Positions 45,600-53,957 of a DNA stretch of 56,227 bases are shown here, piece after piece. The stretch's first letter is position 1, and the number at the start of each line of letters is the position of its first letter. The notes under the pieces were generated by a model. The model was not told the origin of the DNA. It saw nothing but the letters and a program-made list of their open reading frames with translations, and made no database searches. Origin of the DNA: Armatimonadia bacterium (GTDB lineage Bacteria; Armatimonadota; Zipacnadia; Zipacnadales; UBA11051); NCBI GenBank assembly GCA_039683575.1, contig JBDKRC010000062.1:1-56227 (forward strand), read 5' to 3'. The position numbers and the translations under genes are program-made.

Positions 45600-45935
45600 A
45601 TGGAAGTCTACTTCCGCGACGAGCGACTCCAGAAACTGCTGACAGATGAACGTGCGTGTTGCCGGCAGTTTGGGCCCGAGTGCACCCGAAGAATCAAGAT
45701 AAGACTAACGCTGCTCGACCAGGCTGCCAACCTTGAGGAGTTGCTCCACGCGCCAGGGCGCTGCCATCCTCTCAAGCACAATCGCAGGGGACAGTTCGCG
45801 GTTGATCTCGCGGGTGGCTTTCGGCTCATCTTCTCGCCCGCCGATGATCCCGTCCCGACGCTCCCCGACGGTTCGCTCGATCTTCGGCAGGTCCGCATCG
45901 TTCAGGTACTGGAGGTGATTGACTACCATGATTGA
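45600..45935 (+). CDS. higB: HigB-like (RelE/ParE superfamily) toxin
   Basis: GRCHPLKHNRRGQFAVDL, RLIFSP, C-terminal EVIDYH; toxin-first order with 8-nt overlap into the antitoxin. Confidence 0.85.
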   Translation: MEVYFRDERLQKLLTDERACCRQFGPECTRRIKIRLTLLDQAANLEELLHAPGRCHPLKHNRRGQFAVDLAGGFRLIFSPADDPVPTLPDGSLDLRQVRIVQVLEVIDYHD

Positions 45936-47046
45936 CCCAGCGTTGCGCTATGTGCCCGATTCGGCGGTGCCGCCCGGTGATGTGCTGGCCGAACTCCTTG
46001 AGGAGCGCGGCATGACGCAGACCGAATTGGCGCGCCGCGCAGGTCTGTCCAAGGACCATGTAAGCCGCATTGTTCGGGGTGTCGCACCGCTAAGCTATGA
46101 AACGGCGCTCTGCCTCGAGCGGGTCCTACAGATGCCTGCTTCCCTCTGGATTCGTCTCGAAGCCACCTATCAGGAGCTAAGGGAGCGAGCCGCTCAGGAG
46201 ACTGAGCTAAGCGGCGCAGCGGACATTGTGCGCGAATTCCCCTACGCCGAGCTTGTGAAGCATGGCTGCGTGGCCCCTGCGCCGACCACCGCCGCAAAGG
46301 CCGCGCAACTACTGGCCTTCATGGGCCTGGGCTCCTTCAGCGCCCTCCAGCGGCAGTACCCCATCACCGCCAGCCTGCGCGTGGCAGCGACCAAGCAGCC
46401 CTCGCAGTATGCCCTTGCCGCTTGGCTTCGCATGGGTGAACTGGCTGCTGAGCGAATCGAGACCGCTCCTTTTGATGAGCAAGCTCTGAAACGCTCTCTC
46501 CCACTTCTGCGCGAACTCACCTGCGAGGAATCCGCCTCCTTCCAGTACCGCCTCCGGGATCTTCTGGCGGCTTGCGGCGTAGCCTTCTGCCTCGTCCCTC
46601 ATCTGTCCCGGACATACGCCCATGGGGCGGCACTGTGGGTGCGCCCCGACAAGGCCATCGTAGAACTGAGCATTCGCGGGGCCTATCTGGACGTCTTCTG
46701 GTTCAGCCTGTTCCACGAATTGGGCCACCTGCTACTGCACAGCAAAAAGCGCACCTTCGTCACTTTCGACAGCCCCTCCAACGCTCCGGAAGAGGCCGAA
46801 GCCAACCGCTTCGCACAGGAAACTCTCATCCCCGGCGTCGCACTCACGCACTTCCTGGCAGATGCCCCGCGCGTGAGCCGGCAGCGCATCCTGCGCTTCG
46901 CGGAGCAGGTTGGGGTATGCCCCGCCGTGGTAGTCGGACGGCTCCAGCACGAGAAGATTCTGCCGCAGGGCCACCTCAGCAACCTCCGCCCCCGTCTGAA
47001 GTGGGCCGAGCCGGAAACCAGCAACTGCTCGCACAATAGCGAATGA
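45928..47046 (+). CDS. higA: HigA-like XRE HTH antitoxin fused to ImmA/IrrE metallopeptidase domain
   Basis: PPGDVLAELLEERGMTQTELA HTH, ALAAWLR, FWFSLFHELGH (HExxH), EAEANRFA. Confidence 0.88.
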   Translation: MIDPALRYVPDSAVPPGDVLAELLEERGMTQTELARRAGLSKDHVSRIVRGVAPLSYETALCLERVLQMPASLWIRLEATYQELRERAAQETELSGAADIVREFPYAELVKHGCVAPAPTTAAKAAQLLAFMGLGSFSALQRQYPITASLRVAATKQPSQYALAAWLRMGELAAERIETAPFDEQALKRSLPLLRELTCEESASFQYRLRDLLAACGVAFCLVPHLSRTYAHGAALWVRPDKAIVELSIRGAYLDVFWFSLFHELGHLLLHSKKRTFVTFDSPSNAPEEAEANRFAQETLIPGVALTHFLADAPRVSRQRILRFAEQVGVCPAVVVGRLQHEKILPQGHLSNLRPRLKWAEPETSNCSHNSE

Positions 47047-47087
47047 CGCGATCAATCAGATACGGGTTGCGTGGAAAGGACGACATC

Positions 47088-47861
47088 ATGAACATCAAAG
47101 ACAAAGTAATCCTCATCACCGGCGGCACCTCCGGCATTGGCGAAGGCTGCAGCCGCCGCTATGCCGAACTCGGCGCCAAGGTCGTCTTCGCCTCCATCCA
47201 GCAGGCCGAGGGCAAGGCGCTCGAAGCTGACCTGCAGGCCGCCGGGTACGCCGCCAACTTCGTCTACTGTGACGTCATGAACGAGGACAGCGTCAAGGCC
47301 CTCGTCCAGGCCGTCCTGGACCTCCACGGCCGCCTCGACTGCTGCCACTCCAACGCCGGGGTCTGGCGCCAGGGCAAGGTTACCGACTTCACCGAGGAAG
47401 ACTACAACTTCGTCATGGGCGTGAACGTGAAGGGCAACTTCCTCCTCGCCAAGCACGTCGTGTCGGCGATGGAAAAGCTGGACCACCAGGGCGTAATCGT
47501 CATCACCACCTCGGTCGCCTCCCAGATCGGCTTCCCTCAGCACGCCCTCTACTGCGCCTCCAAGGCCGCGCTCGAGGCCCTCATCCGCTGCATGTGCAAC
47601 GACCACGCGGGCAAGGTGCGCGTCGTTGGCGTCTCACCGGGCACCATTGACACCCCCATGCTCGCCGCCACCTGTGCTGGCTGGGACCAGCCCAAGGAAG
47701 AGATCTACGCGGAGGTAGCCAAGAAGATCCCCGTCCGACGCCTCGGCCAGCCCCTCGACATCGCCAATGCCGCCGCCTTCCTCATGAGCGACGAGGCGAG
47801 CTACATCGACGGCACGATTCTGGTCCTGGATGGCGGCACCCTGCCGCTCCCGCCCTGGTAG
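47088..47861 (+). CDS. SDR family oxidoreductase
   Basis: TGGTSGIG, NAG, YCASK, PGTIDTPM, DGG; AAGGA RBS. Confidence 0.93.
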   Translation: MNIKDKVILITGGTSGIGEGCSRRYAELGAKVVFASIQQAEGKALEADLQAAGYAANFVYCDVMNEDSVKALVQAVLDLHGRLDCCHSNAGVWRQGKVTDFTEEDYNFVMGVNVKGNFLLAKHVVSAMEKLDHQGVIVITTSVASQIGFPQHALYCASKAALEALIRCMCNDHAGKVRVVGVSPGTIDTPMLAATCAGWDQPKEEIYAEVAKKIPVRRLGQPLDIANAAAFLMSDEASYIDGTILVLDGGTLPLPPW

Positions 47862-47885
47862 GAACTTCCCCGCCACGAATAGCTG

Positions 47886-47915
47886 TTGAACCTCATGTAG
47901 GTTTTTTGGTAGCAT
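47886..47915 (+). promoter_or_regulatory. Putative sigma70 promoter for the ferredoxin
   Basis: TTGAAC-N18-TAGCAT with extended TG. Confidence 0.45.
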
Positions 47916-47960
47916 AGCACCATCAGTTCACTGATTAAGACGAAGTTGGAGGATATTCGA

Positions 47961-48134
47961 ATGCCCCACGTGATTGACGAGTCAGCCTGCGTTTCCTGCG
48001 GCGTCTGCGCCGATGCCTGCCCGTCCGACGCGATCAGCGAAGGCGAGAACTGCTACGTGATCGACCCCGACCTGTGCACCGACTGCGACCTGTGCACCAG
48101 CGAGTGCCCGTCGGAGGCCATCTCGGAGAAGTAA
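47961..48134 (+). CDS. Clostridial-type 2x[4Fe-4S] ferredoxin
   Basis: CVSCGVCADACP and CTDCDLCTSECP; GGAGG RBS. Confidence 0.95.
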   Translation: MPHVIDESACVSCGVCADACPSDAISEGENCYVIDPDLCTDCDLCTSECPSEAISEK

Positions 48135-48152
48135 GTCGTACCAGTGAAGACG

Positions 48153-48188
48153 AAACGGGGACAGCCTGCAGAGGCTGTCCCCGTTTTT
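48153..48188. terminator. Intrinsic terminator, probably bidirectional
   Basis: AAACGGGGACAGCCT-GCAG-AGGCTGTCCCCGTTTTT between convergent genes. Confidence 0.85.
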
Positions 48189-48377
48189 CTGACTCTGGCG
48201 GAGGTAGGTTCGACGTCACGGCGACCGGCGCGTGAGACTTCACGCGAGGCCCGGCAGATCAGCGGTAGAGCGTGCAGGTGACAGCGACGCCAAGCTCCCA
48301 GTACGCGGTATGGCGCTGCACGGGCACTGGTGCCCCCAGCTTGCCAGTCTTCCGTCCGGTCAGCCTCGTCAACATCA

Positions 48378-49373
48378 TCACAGGCGAATCGGCCGCCCCT
48401 CCTCCGCCGAACGGATGAGAGCCGCAGCCACCTCCAGTGAAGCCAGCACTTCCTCGTGCGTCGGCACCTCGACCGGCAGGTCATGTGTCACACACCTGAC
48501 AAAGTACCCAATCTCGTCCCGCAACGCCCCAACCGTGGCCCCATGGATCTGTGGCCAGTACGACGTGTCCGGCGTGGTCACGCGGTCCTGCAGCCAGAAG
48601 CCGAGGCCATTGCCCGGCACTTCCAGAAGCGCGGTCCCTTCCGTGCCTATCACCTCGCCCAGAATGTGGCCTCGCCAGGGCGTGGAGTCCGGCAGCAGCC
48701 ACGCTGTCTCCACCACGCCCACCGACCCGTCGTCCATCGTGATCATACCCCAGAAGAGGTCATCGCCCAGCCCCCCTACGTCGCGCGTCCGCATGTAGAC
48801 CTCCACGGGCTTGCGGTTGCCGAAGTACCACAAAATCAGGTCAATGTCGTGAATGCCGGTGGTGTACAGGCGGTTGGACTTCGTGAACTTGGCGCGCATG
48901 GATATGCTCTGGTTGCGGCGCCCGTACACGCTAACCACCTGACCCAGTTCACCCCGGTCAATGCTGTTCTTGATGGCCGCGCAGCGGGTGTCGAAGCGCA
49001 GGAGGTGCCCGACCATCAGCCTGCGCCCCAACTGCCGGGCGCGCATCACCATCTGCCTGGCCTCCTCCAGGTCATGGCTCAGGGGCTTTTCCACGAAGAC
49101 ATCCAGACCGGCTTCGAGCGCCGCCATGGTTGGGGCAAAGTGCCTGTTGTCGTCTGTGACCACATGCACTGCGTCAAGCTCCACGGCCGCCAGCATCTCG
49201 CCGACCTCGGAGAAGACGTGCGGCACGCCGTAACGATCGGCCAGTTCCCGGGCGCGAGACTCGGTACGAGAGACGATGGCCACCACCTCTGCTCCGTCCA
49301 GGCCGGAGAGCACGTCCAGGTGCCGGGCTCCGAAATCCCCGCAACCGATTACCGCAAAGCGCTTGGTATGCAT
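48378..49373 (-). CDS. Gfo/Idh/MocA family oxidoreductase
   Basis: AVIGCGDFG, VFVEKPL, MVGHLLRF, GIHDID; GGAGG RBS before ATG 49373. Confidence 0.93.
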   Translation of the reverse strand: MHTKRFAVIGCGDFGARHLDVLSGLDGAEVVAIVSRTESRARELADRYGVPHVFSEVGEMLAAVELDAVHVVTDDNRHFAPTMAALEAGLDVFVEKPLSHDLEEARQMVMRARQLGRRLMVGHLLRFDTRCAAIKNSIDRGELGQVVSVYGRRNQSISMRAKFTKSNRLYTTGIHDIDLILWYFGNRKPVEVYMRTRDVGGLGDDLFWGMITMDDGSVGVVETAWLLPDSTPWRGHILGEVIGTEGTALLEVPGNGLGFWLQDRVTTPDTSYWPQIHGATVGALRDEIGYFVRCVTHDLPVEVPTHEEVLASLEVAAALIRSAEEGRPIRL

Positions 49374-49419
49374 GCAACGCCTCCAGACCGCTATGGTCGA
49401 CCAGAATCGGTGATGATGC

Positions 49420-49481
49420 TTCGCCTCCGAGGCAAATGCACCTGCGACTGGTAGGAAGGCGAACGGCTGGCCTGCGAGGAA
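49420..49481. promoter_or_regulatory. Back-to-back putative alternative-sigma promoters
   Basis: Plus strand GAAGG-N18-GGAA (49455-49481); minus-strand variant GCAGG-N17-CGAA (49445-49420). Confidence 0.5.
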
Positions 49482-49555
49482 GTGACTGCTGCCGTGGCTC
49501 GCTATCCGCGAGAAACGCGGCCCAGACACCACAACAGACCAGAGGAATGCCTGAC

Positions 49556-50728
49556 ATGCCACAGACGAAAATCGGCGAAACGGATCATTTCTGGTACCGG
49601 CTGCAGCCGCAGGGCATCTACATCGATTCGCAGCGCGACAACAAGGCCTTCGCCTGGTCCGACGGCCAGGTCATGCTATCGGAAGACAACGGCAACACCT
49701 GGCCCCACAAACTCGCCTTCCCCGAGGCCCACAACATCACATTCAGTTGCATACTGAAGGGCGGCAACGTCGTCTTCGCCACTCGCGAGAAGCTGTACGT
49801 CAGCACCGACAATCTCAAAACCTGCGAGCGGGTCATAGTACAGGACCTCGACGGCAGTGACTACCTCCCACACACCCCGCAAGACCCGGATCGTCCGGGT
49901 TAGTATTTTCACACCCTCCCCGGTACCAACTCGTGGGATGTGAACGGCACCGAGATGCTGGTATGGGGCAACTACTGCAATGTAGTGGGCGGGGCCTCGC
50001 CGGTGAACATTTACTACTCCATCGACGGCGGACGAACCGTGAAGCTTGCCTACGCCTTCGGCCAGAGCCCCTTCACCCGCGACAACGGCTCCCCCGGCGG
50101 AGGCCCCGAAGGCACATGGCTGGGCAACCCCGACAACCCGGTCCGCGCCCGGCACGTGCACACCGTGGCCTACAACCCGGTGGAAGATGCCTTCTACGCC
50201 TGCACTGGCGATTCCGACCGCGAGGGTTATTTCGAGTGCCACTGGCTGAGAGGCACCTATGACGCGGCCTCAGACCAGTGGGACTGGCGCGTCATCATCT
50301 CCGACCACCTCAACTCGCGCTACAAGGCGGGTGGGATCAGCTTCGTGGACGGCCAGCTCTACTGGATCAGCGACTCCAACGGCCCCGAGCCGTATGACCG
50401 CGGGATCTTCAAGTGCGCACCAGAGGACATTGGCAACAAGGAGAAGCACACGCGCCTTTTCAACCCGGAGGTCGAGTCCGGCGCCATGATCGTCCAGGAC
50501 GGCGTGTTCCTGGCCTCGCACTGCGCCCCGGCCTCGCCAATGGACTGCGGCTTCATCATCTCGCTCGACATGGGCAGGACCTGGGCGCAGCACGACCTTA
50601 AGGAACTGGGCAAGCGGTCGCCGACACGTTTCCACGAAAAGAACAGCGAGGGCTGGTTCCGCGTGGACCTGAGGTCGGGGTGGGTCGACTTCGCCGAGGT
50701 GCTCTTCATAAAGCCGAAGGACGCGTAG
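49556..50728 (+). pseudogene. Asp-box (BNR) beta-propeller protein interrupted by in-frame TAG at codon 116 (pseudogene, read-through or sequence error)
   Basis: ORFs ending 49903 and starting 49940 are in the same frame; total 1173 nt, identical to paralogue 52685-53857, which has TGG at codon 116. Confidence 0.8.
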
Positions 50729-50800
50729 CTCGTAACGCCACGTGCCCTGACCGCGCTTTCAATGACAAGACCGACAAAATGCACTCAGACGGGTGGAACC

Positions 50801-52552
50801 ATGTCAGCAGGCAACCGTAGCGTACTCGTCATTCTTGATAGCCGCCAGGCTGCGGAGCGGCGCAGCGCCGACCAGACGGTCTTTGCCGCCCTCGACCACT
50901 TTGGTGTGGCCTGGGAGGTGCTTGACGGCGGCGAAACCATGGGGGCCATCAGCGCCTACCTCGCGCCGCGGGCGCTGTATGTCATCGCCCACGACGGCGC
51001 GGCCGCCTGGCTGAAGCCGGAAGCCGCCCGGCAGATCGCGGCCGCCGTCGCCGCCGGCGCGGGGCTGGTGAGCTTTGACCGGCAGGCCGCCGAGTGGCCC
51101 TCCCCGTTGCGTGAGCTCCTGCCGCCGGGCCTCGAGGAGGCGAAGACGGGCACCCTCCGGTTCGCGGAGAGCCCGTCCTTCATTACCTTCGGCCACGCCG
51201 AAGCAGAGGAACTGGAGTTGGGCGAGGAGATCACGGTCCTCACCGCGCCCGTCGGGGAGGCCTGGCAGCCGCTGGTGACCGATGCCCAGGGGCAGTCAGT
51301 GGTGGTCTCCGGCCGGGCCGGCGAGGGGCGCGTGGTTCTCTTCGGCACCGGGGAGAAGCTCTATGCCGAGGGCATCTACGGCCATGTCCGCGGAATCGAC
51401 GGCCTGATGTGGCGGTCACTGGTGTGGGCCGCGGCCAAGCCCTTCCCGATGCGCTGCCTGCCCCCATACATCACCGGGCGCCACGATGACTGCAACGGCA
51501 CCTACAACGCCTTCGACTACGTGAAGGTGCTCAACCGCTACGGCATTGCGCCCAATCTGGGCTTGTACACCGATGAGATGGGCCCCACGGACTGGGCGGC
51601 AGCCAAGCGGCTATATGACACCGGGGGCGCCGACTTCTCCATGCACGCCTTCCGCGATGACTTCTACATGGCCCGGCCGGACTACAAGCCCTACGCAGTC
51701 CTGCCAGACAAGCCCGACCTATCTCGCGGCGGCACCGAGACCCTCTACGAGGGCCTCTCGATGGACCACGACACCGGGCTGGCCCTGCCGATGGAGACCA
51801 TCCGCCGCAACTACCGGCGCATGGACGAGGCCTTCGCAAAGGCCGGAATCCGCCACAGCCGGGTGCTCAACGCCCACTTTGGGGAGGTGGCGTGGCCCGC
51901 GATACCGCTCTTCCTTGAGCGTGGAGTGGACATGCCCTGCAACACCTGCGCGATGGGGCAGCTTTTCAGCAACCAGCCGGTATGGCGGCCACGTCCGTAC
52001 GGCATCCGGAGCGAGGCCGGACGCTATGGCATGACCAGAGACCGTTGCCCGCAGCATCCCGGCCTGACGATGATCTGGGCGGGCGCCGCGCCGGTAGGCA
52101 AGCAGCGGAGGGGCGGTGACATCCTCCTGGGCCGGACCCCGTTCATCGGCGAGTCTGACGTGCCGAAGCTGAACGAGGCTGCGGAGGCTGGGATTACCAA
52201 CCTCAAGACCGGGGTAGACGCCATGGGCTACGGCCTGCTGTTCTGCCATGAAGAGCGCCTCAACGCCATCAGCCTGCAGGACTGGGAGACAGTGGTTACC
52301 TCGATCATGCGCGGGCTGGATGGCTGGGACGTAGAGTGCGCGGGGCGCGAATACGTGGGCATCATCTCCAAGCGGCTCCTCGACTCCCGCCTGGTCCGCG
52401 CCGAAATGACCGAGAAGGGGCTGCGCTGTGAGCTGTGCGGGCAGACCGATGGCCCGTCACCTCTCACGGTCTGGGAGAACGACGGAGATGGCTGCACACG
52501 CCGCGTCATCGAAGTCGATCCCGTGGCAGGATACGCAGACCTTGTGATCTAG
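50801..52552 (+). CDS. Hypothetical protein with N-terminal GATase-like fold and polysaccharide deacetylase/GH57-like barrel
   Basis: GAGLV and GEGRVVLFG in the N-terminal part; GRHDDC, FSMHAF, NAHFGE and FCHE resemble NodB-like Asp/His motifs; no signal peptide. Confidence 0.55.
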   Translation: MSAGNRSVLVILDSRQAAERRSADQTVFAALDHFGVAWEVLDGGETMGAISAYLAPRALYVIAHDGAAAWLKPEAARQIAAAVAAGAGLVSFDRQAAEWPSPLRELLPPGLEEAKTGTLRFAESPSFITFGHAEAEELELGEEITVLTAPVGEAWQPLVTDAQGQSVVVSGRAGEGRVVLFGTGEKLYAEGIYGHVRGIDGLMWRSLVWAAAKPFPMRCLPPYITGRHDDCNGTYNAFDYVKVLNRYGIAPNLGLYTDEMGPTDWAAAKRLYDTGGADFSMHAFRDDFYMARPDYKPYAVLPDKPDLSRGGTETLYEGLSMDHDTGLALPMETIRRNYRRMDEAFAKAGIRHSRVLNAHFGEVAWPAIPLFLERGVDMPCNTCAMGQLFSNQPVWRPRPYGIRSEAGRYGMTRDRCPQHPGLTMIWAGAAPVGKQRRGGDILLGRTPFIGESDVPKLNEAAEAGITNLKTGVDAMGYGLLFCHEERLNAISLQDWETVVTSIMRGLDGWDVECAGREYVGIISKRLLDSRLVRAEMTEKGLRCELCGQTDGPSPLTVWENDGDGCTRRVIEVDPVAGYADLVI

Positions 52553-52567
52553 CGGTGCCTTCCCCAG

Positions 52568-52594
52568 GAAGGCGAACGGTTGGTGCTTGAGGAA
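52568..52594 (+). promoter_or_regulatory. Putative alternative-sigma promoter GAAGG-N18-GGAA
   Basis: Homologous to the 49455 site; conserved while most of the leader has diverged. Confidence 0.55.
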
Positions 52595-52684
52595 ATCCAT
52601 ACTGCCGTGGGTTCTCTCTGACGTTTCGGCACATAGCCCCCGGCCTGCAGACATTACACCACACTGAACAGGGATACCTGAATC

Positions 52685-53857
52685 ATGCCACAGACACAGA
52701 TCGGCGAGACGGATCACTTCTGGTACCGGCTGCAGCCGGAGGGTCTCTACATTGACTCGCAGCTGGACAACAAGGCCTTCGCCCGTGCGGATGGCCGGCT
52801 CCTGTTGTCGGAGGACAACGGTCTCACCTGGCCGCACAGCCTGAGCTTCCCCAATGCTCACAACCTCACCTTCAGCCACATACTCAAGAACGGTAACGTG
52901 GTCTTCGCCACGCGTTCGAAGCTGTACGTCAGCACCGACAACTTGCGCACGTACAAGCAGATCACGGTGAAGAACATTGACGGCAGCGACTACCTGCCGC
53001 ACACGCCGCAGAATCCGGATCGCCCGGGCTGGTACTTCCATACCCTCTCCGGCGTCAACTCGTGGGACGTCAACGGCACGGAGATGCTCGTTTGGGGGAA
53101 CTACTGCAACGTGGTGGGCGGAGCGACGCCGGTGAACATCTACTACTCCACCGACGGCGGCGAGACCGTGAAGATCGCCTATGCCTTCGGCCAGAGCCCC
53201 TACACCCATGACGACGGTTCCCCGGGCGGAGGCACCGAGGGCACGCCGCTGGGCAACCCTGACAACCCGCTCTGCTGCCGGCACATGCACATAGTGTCCT
53301 ACAACCCGGCGGAGAACGCCTTCTACGCCTGCACCGGCGACCACGACAAGCCCGAAGGCTACGAAGTCCACTGGCTCAGGGGCACGTACGACGCGGCGAC
53401 GGACCGCTGGGACTGGCAGGTGCTCCTCTCGGACCGCATGAACTCGCGCTACAAGTCCGGCGGCATCAACTTCGTTGACGGAGAGCTTTACTGGATCAGC
53501 GACTCCAACTGCCGCGAGCCGTATGACCGGGGAATCTTCACCTGCGCGCCGGAAGACATCACCAACCTGGACAAGCACACCCTCCTGTTCAACCCCAAGG
53601 TCGAGTCAGGGGCGCTGCTCATCCAGGACGGGGTGTTCCTGGCAACACACTGCGCTCCCGCCTCCCCCTTGGCCTGCGGCATCATCATCTCCACGGACAA
53701 TGGCCAGACGTGGGCGCAGTATGACCTAAAGGAACTCGGCGCGCGCTCGGGCACACGCCTCCACGCCAAGAACAGCGAAGGCTGGTTCCGCATGGACTTG
53801 CGGTCGGGGTGGATCGACTACGCCGAGGTGCTCTTCCTCAAGCCGAAGACCCCGTAA
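52685..53857 (+). CDS. Asp-box (BNR, sialidase-like) beta-propeller protein, intact paralogue
   Basis: SEDNGLTW, STDNLRTY, STDGGETV, STDNGQTW; no signal peptide. Confidence 0.8.
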   Translation: MPQTQIGETDHFWYRLQPEGLYIDSQLDNKAFARADGRLLLSEDNGLTWPHSLSFPNAHNLTFSHILKNGNVVFATRSKLYVSTDNLRTYKQITVKNIDGSDYLPHTPQNPDRPGWYFHTLSGVNSWDVNGTEMLVWGNYCNVVGGATPVNIYYSTDGGETVKIAYAFGQSPYTHDDGSPGGGTEGTPLGNPDNPLCCRHMHIVSYNPAENAFYACTGDHDKPEGYEVHWLRGTYDAATDRWDWQVLLSDRMNSRYKSGGINFVDGELYWISDSNCREPYDRGIFTCAPEDITNLDKHTLLFNPKVESGALLIQDGVFLATHCAPASPLACGIIISTDNGQTWAQYDLKELGARSGTRLHAKNSEGWFRMDLRSGWIDYAEVLFLKPKTP

Positions 53858-53895
53858 CGTTGCCGCCCACAGCCCACCAAACACGTATAGCCAAA

Positions 53896-53931
53896 AGAGG
53901 AGCAGCCCGGCCTGGCCCGGACTGCTCCTCT
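53896..53931. terminator. Probable bidirectional terminator
   Basis: AGAGGAGCAG...CTGCTCCTCT stem between convergent genes, A-rich on the left and T-rich on the right. Confidence 0.65.
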
Positions 53932-53957
53932 CTCTATCTGTAGCTGCAAACTGGCCG

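Noticed and set aside
45540..47090. TA module as an IS element or integron cassette
   Set aside because: No transposase, integrase, terminal inverted repeats, target duplication or attC-like site identified
48196..48250. GGTTCGA resembling a tRNA T-loop
   Set aside because: No T-stem pairing and no cloverleaf or acceptor stem; at most a degenerate GTAG-type hairpin
49374..49562. 63-codon extension of the Gfo/Idh/MocA ORF and the opposite 49436 start
   Set aside because: Intergenic promoter region; RBS-supported starts are at 49373 (minus) and 49556 (plus)
49901..49903. Genome-wide TAG reassignment (alternative genetic code)
   Set aside because: Conserved genes such as coaD, ackA and the SDR end at TAG at their expected lengths
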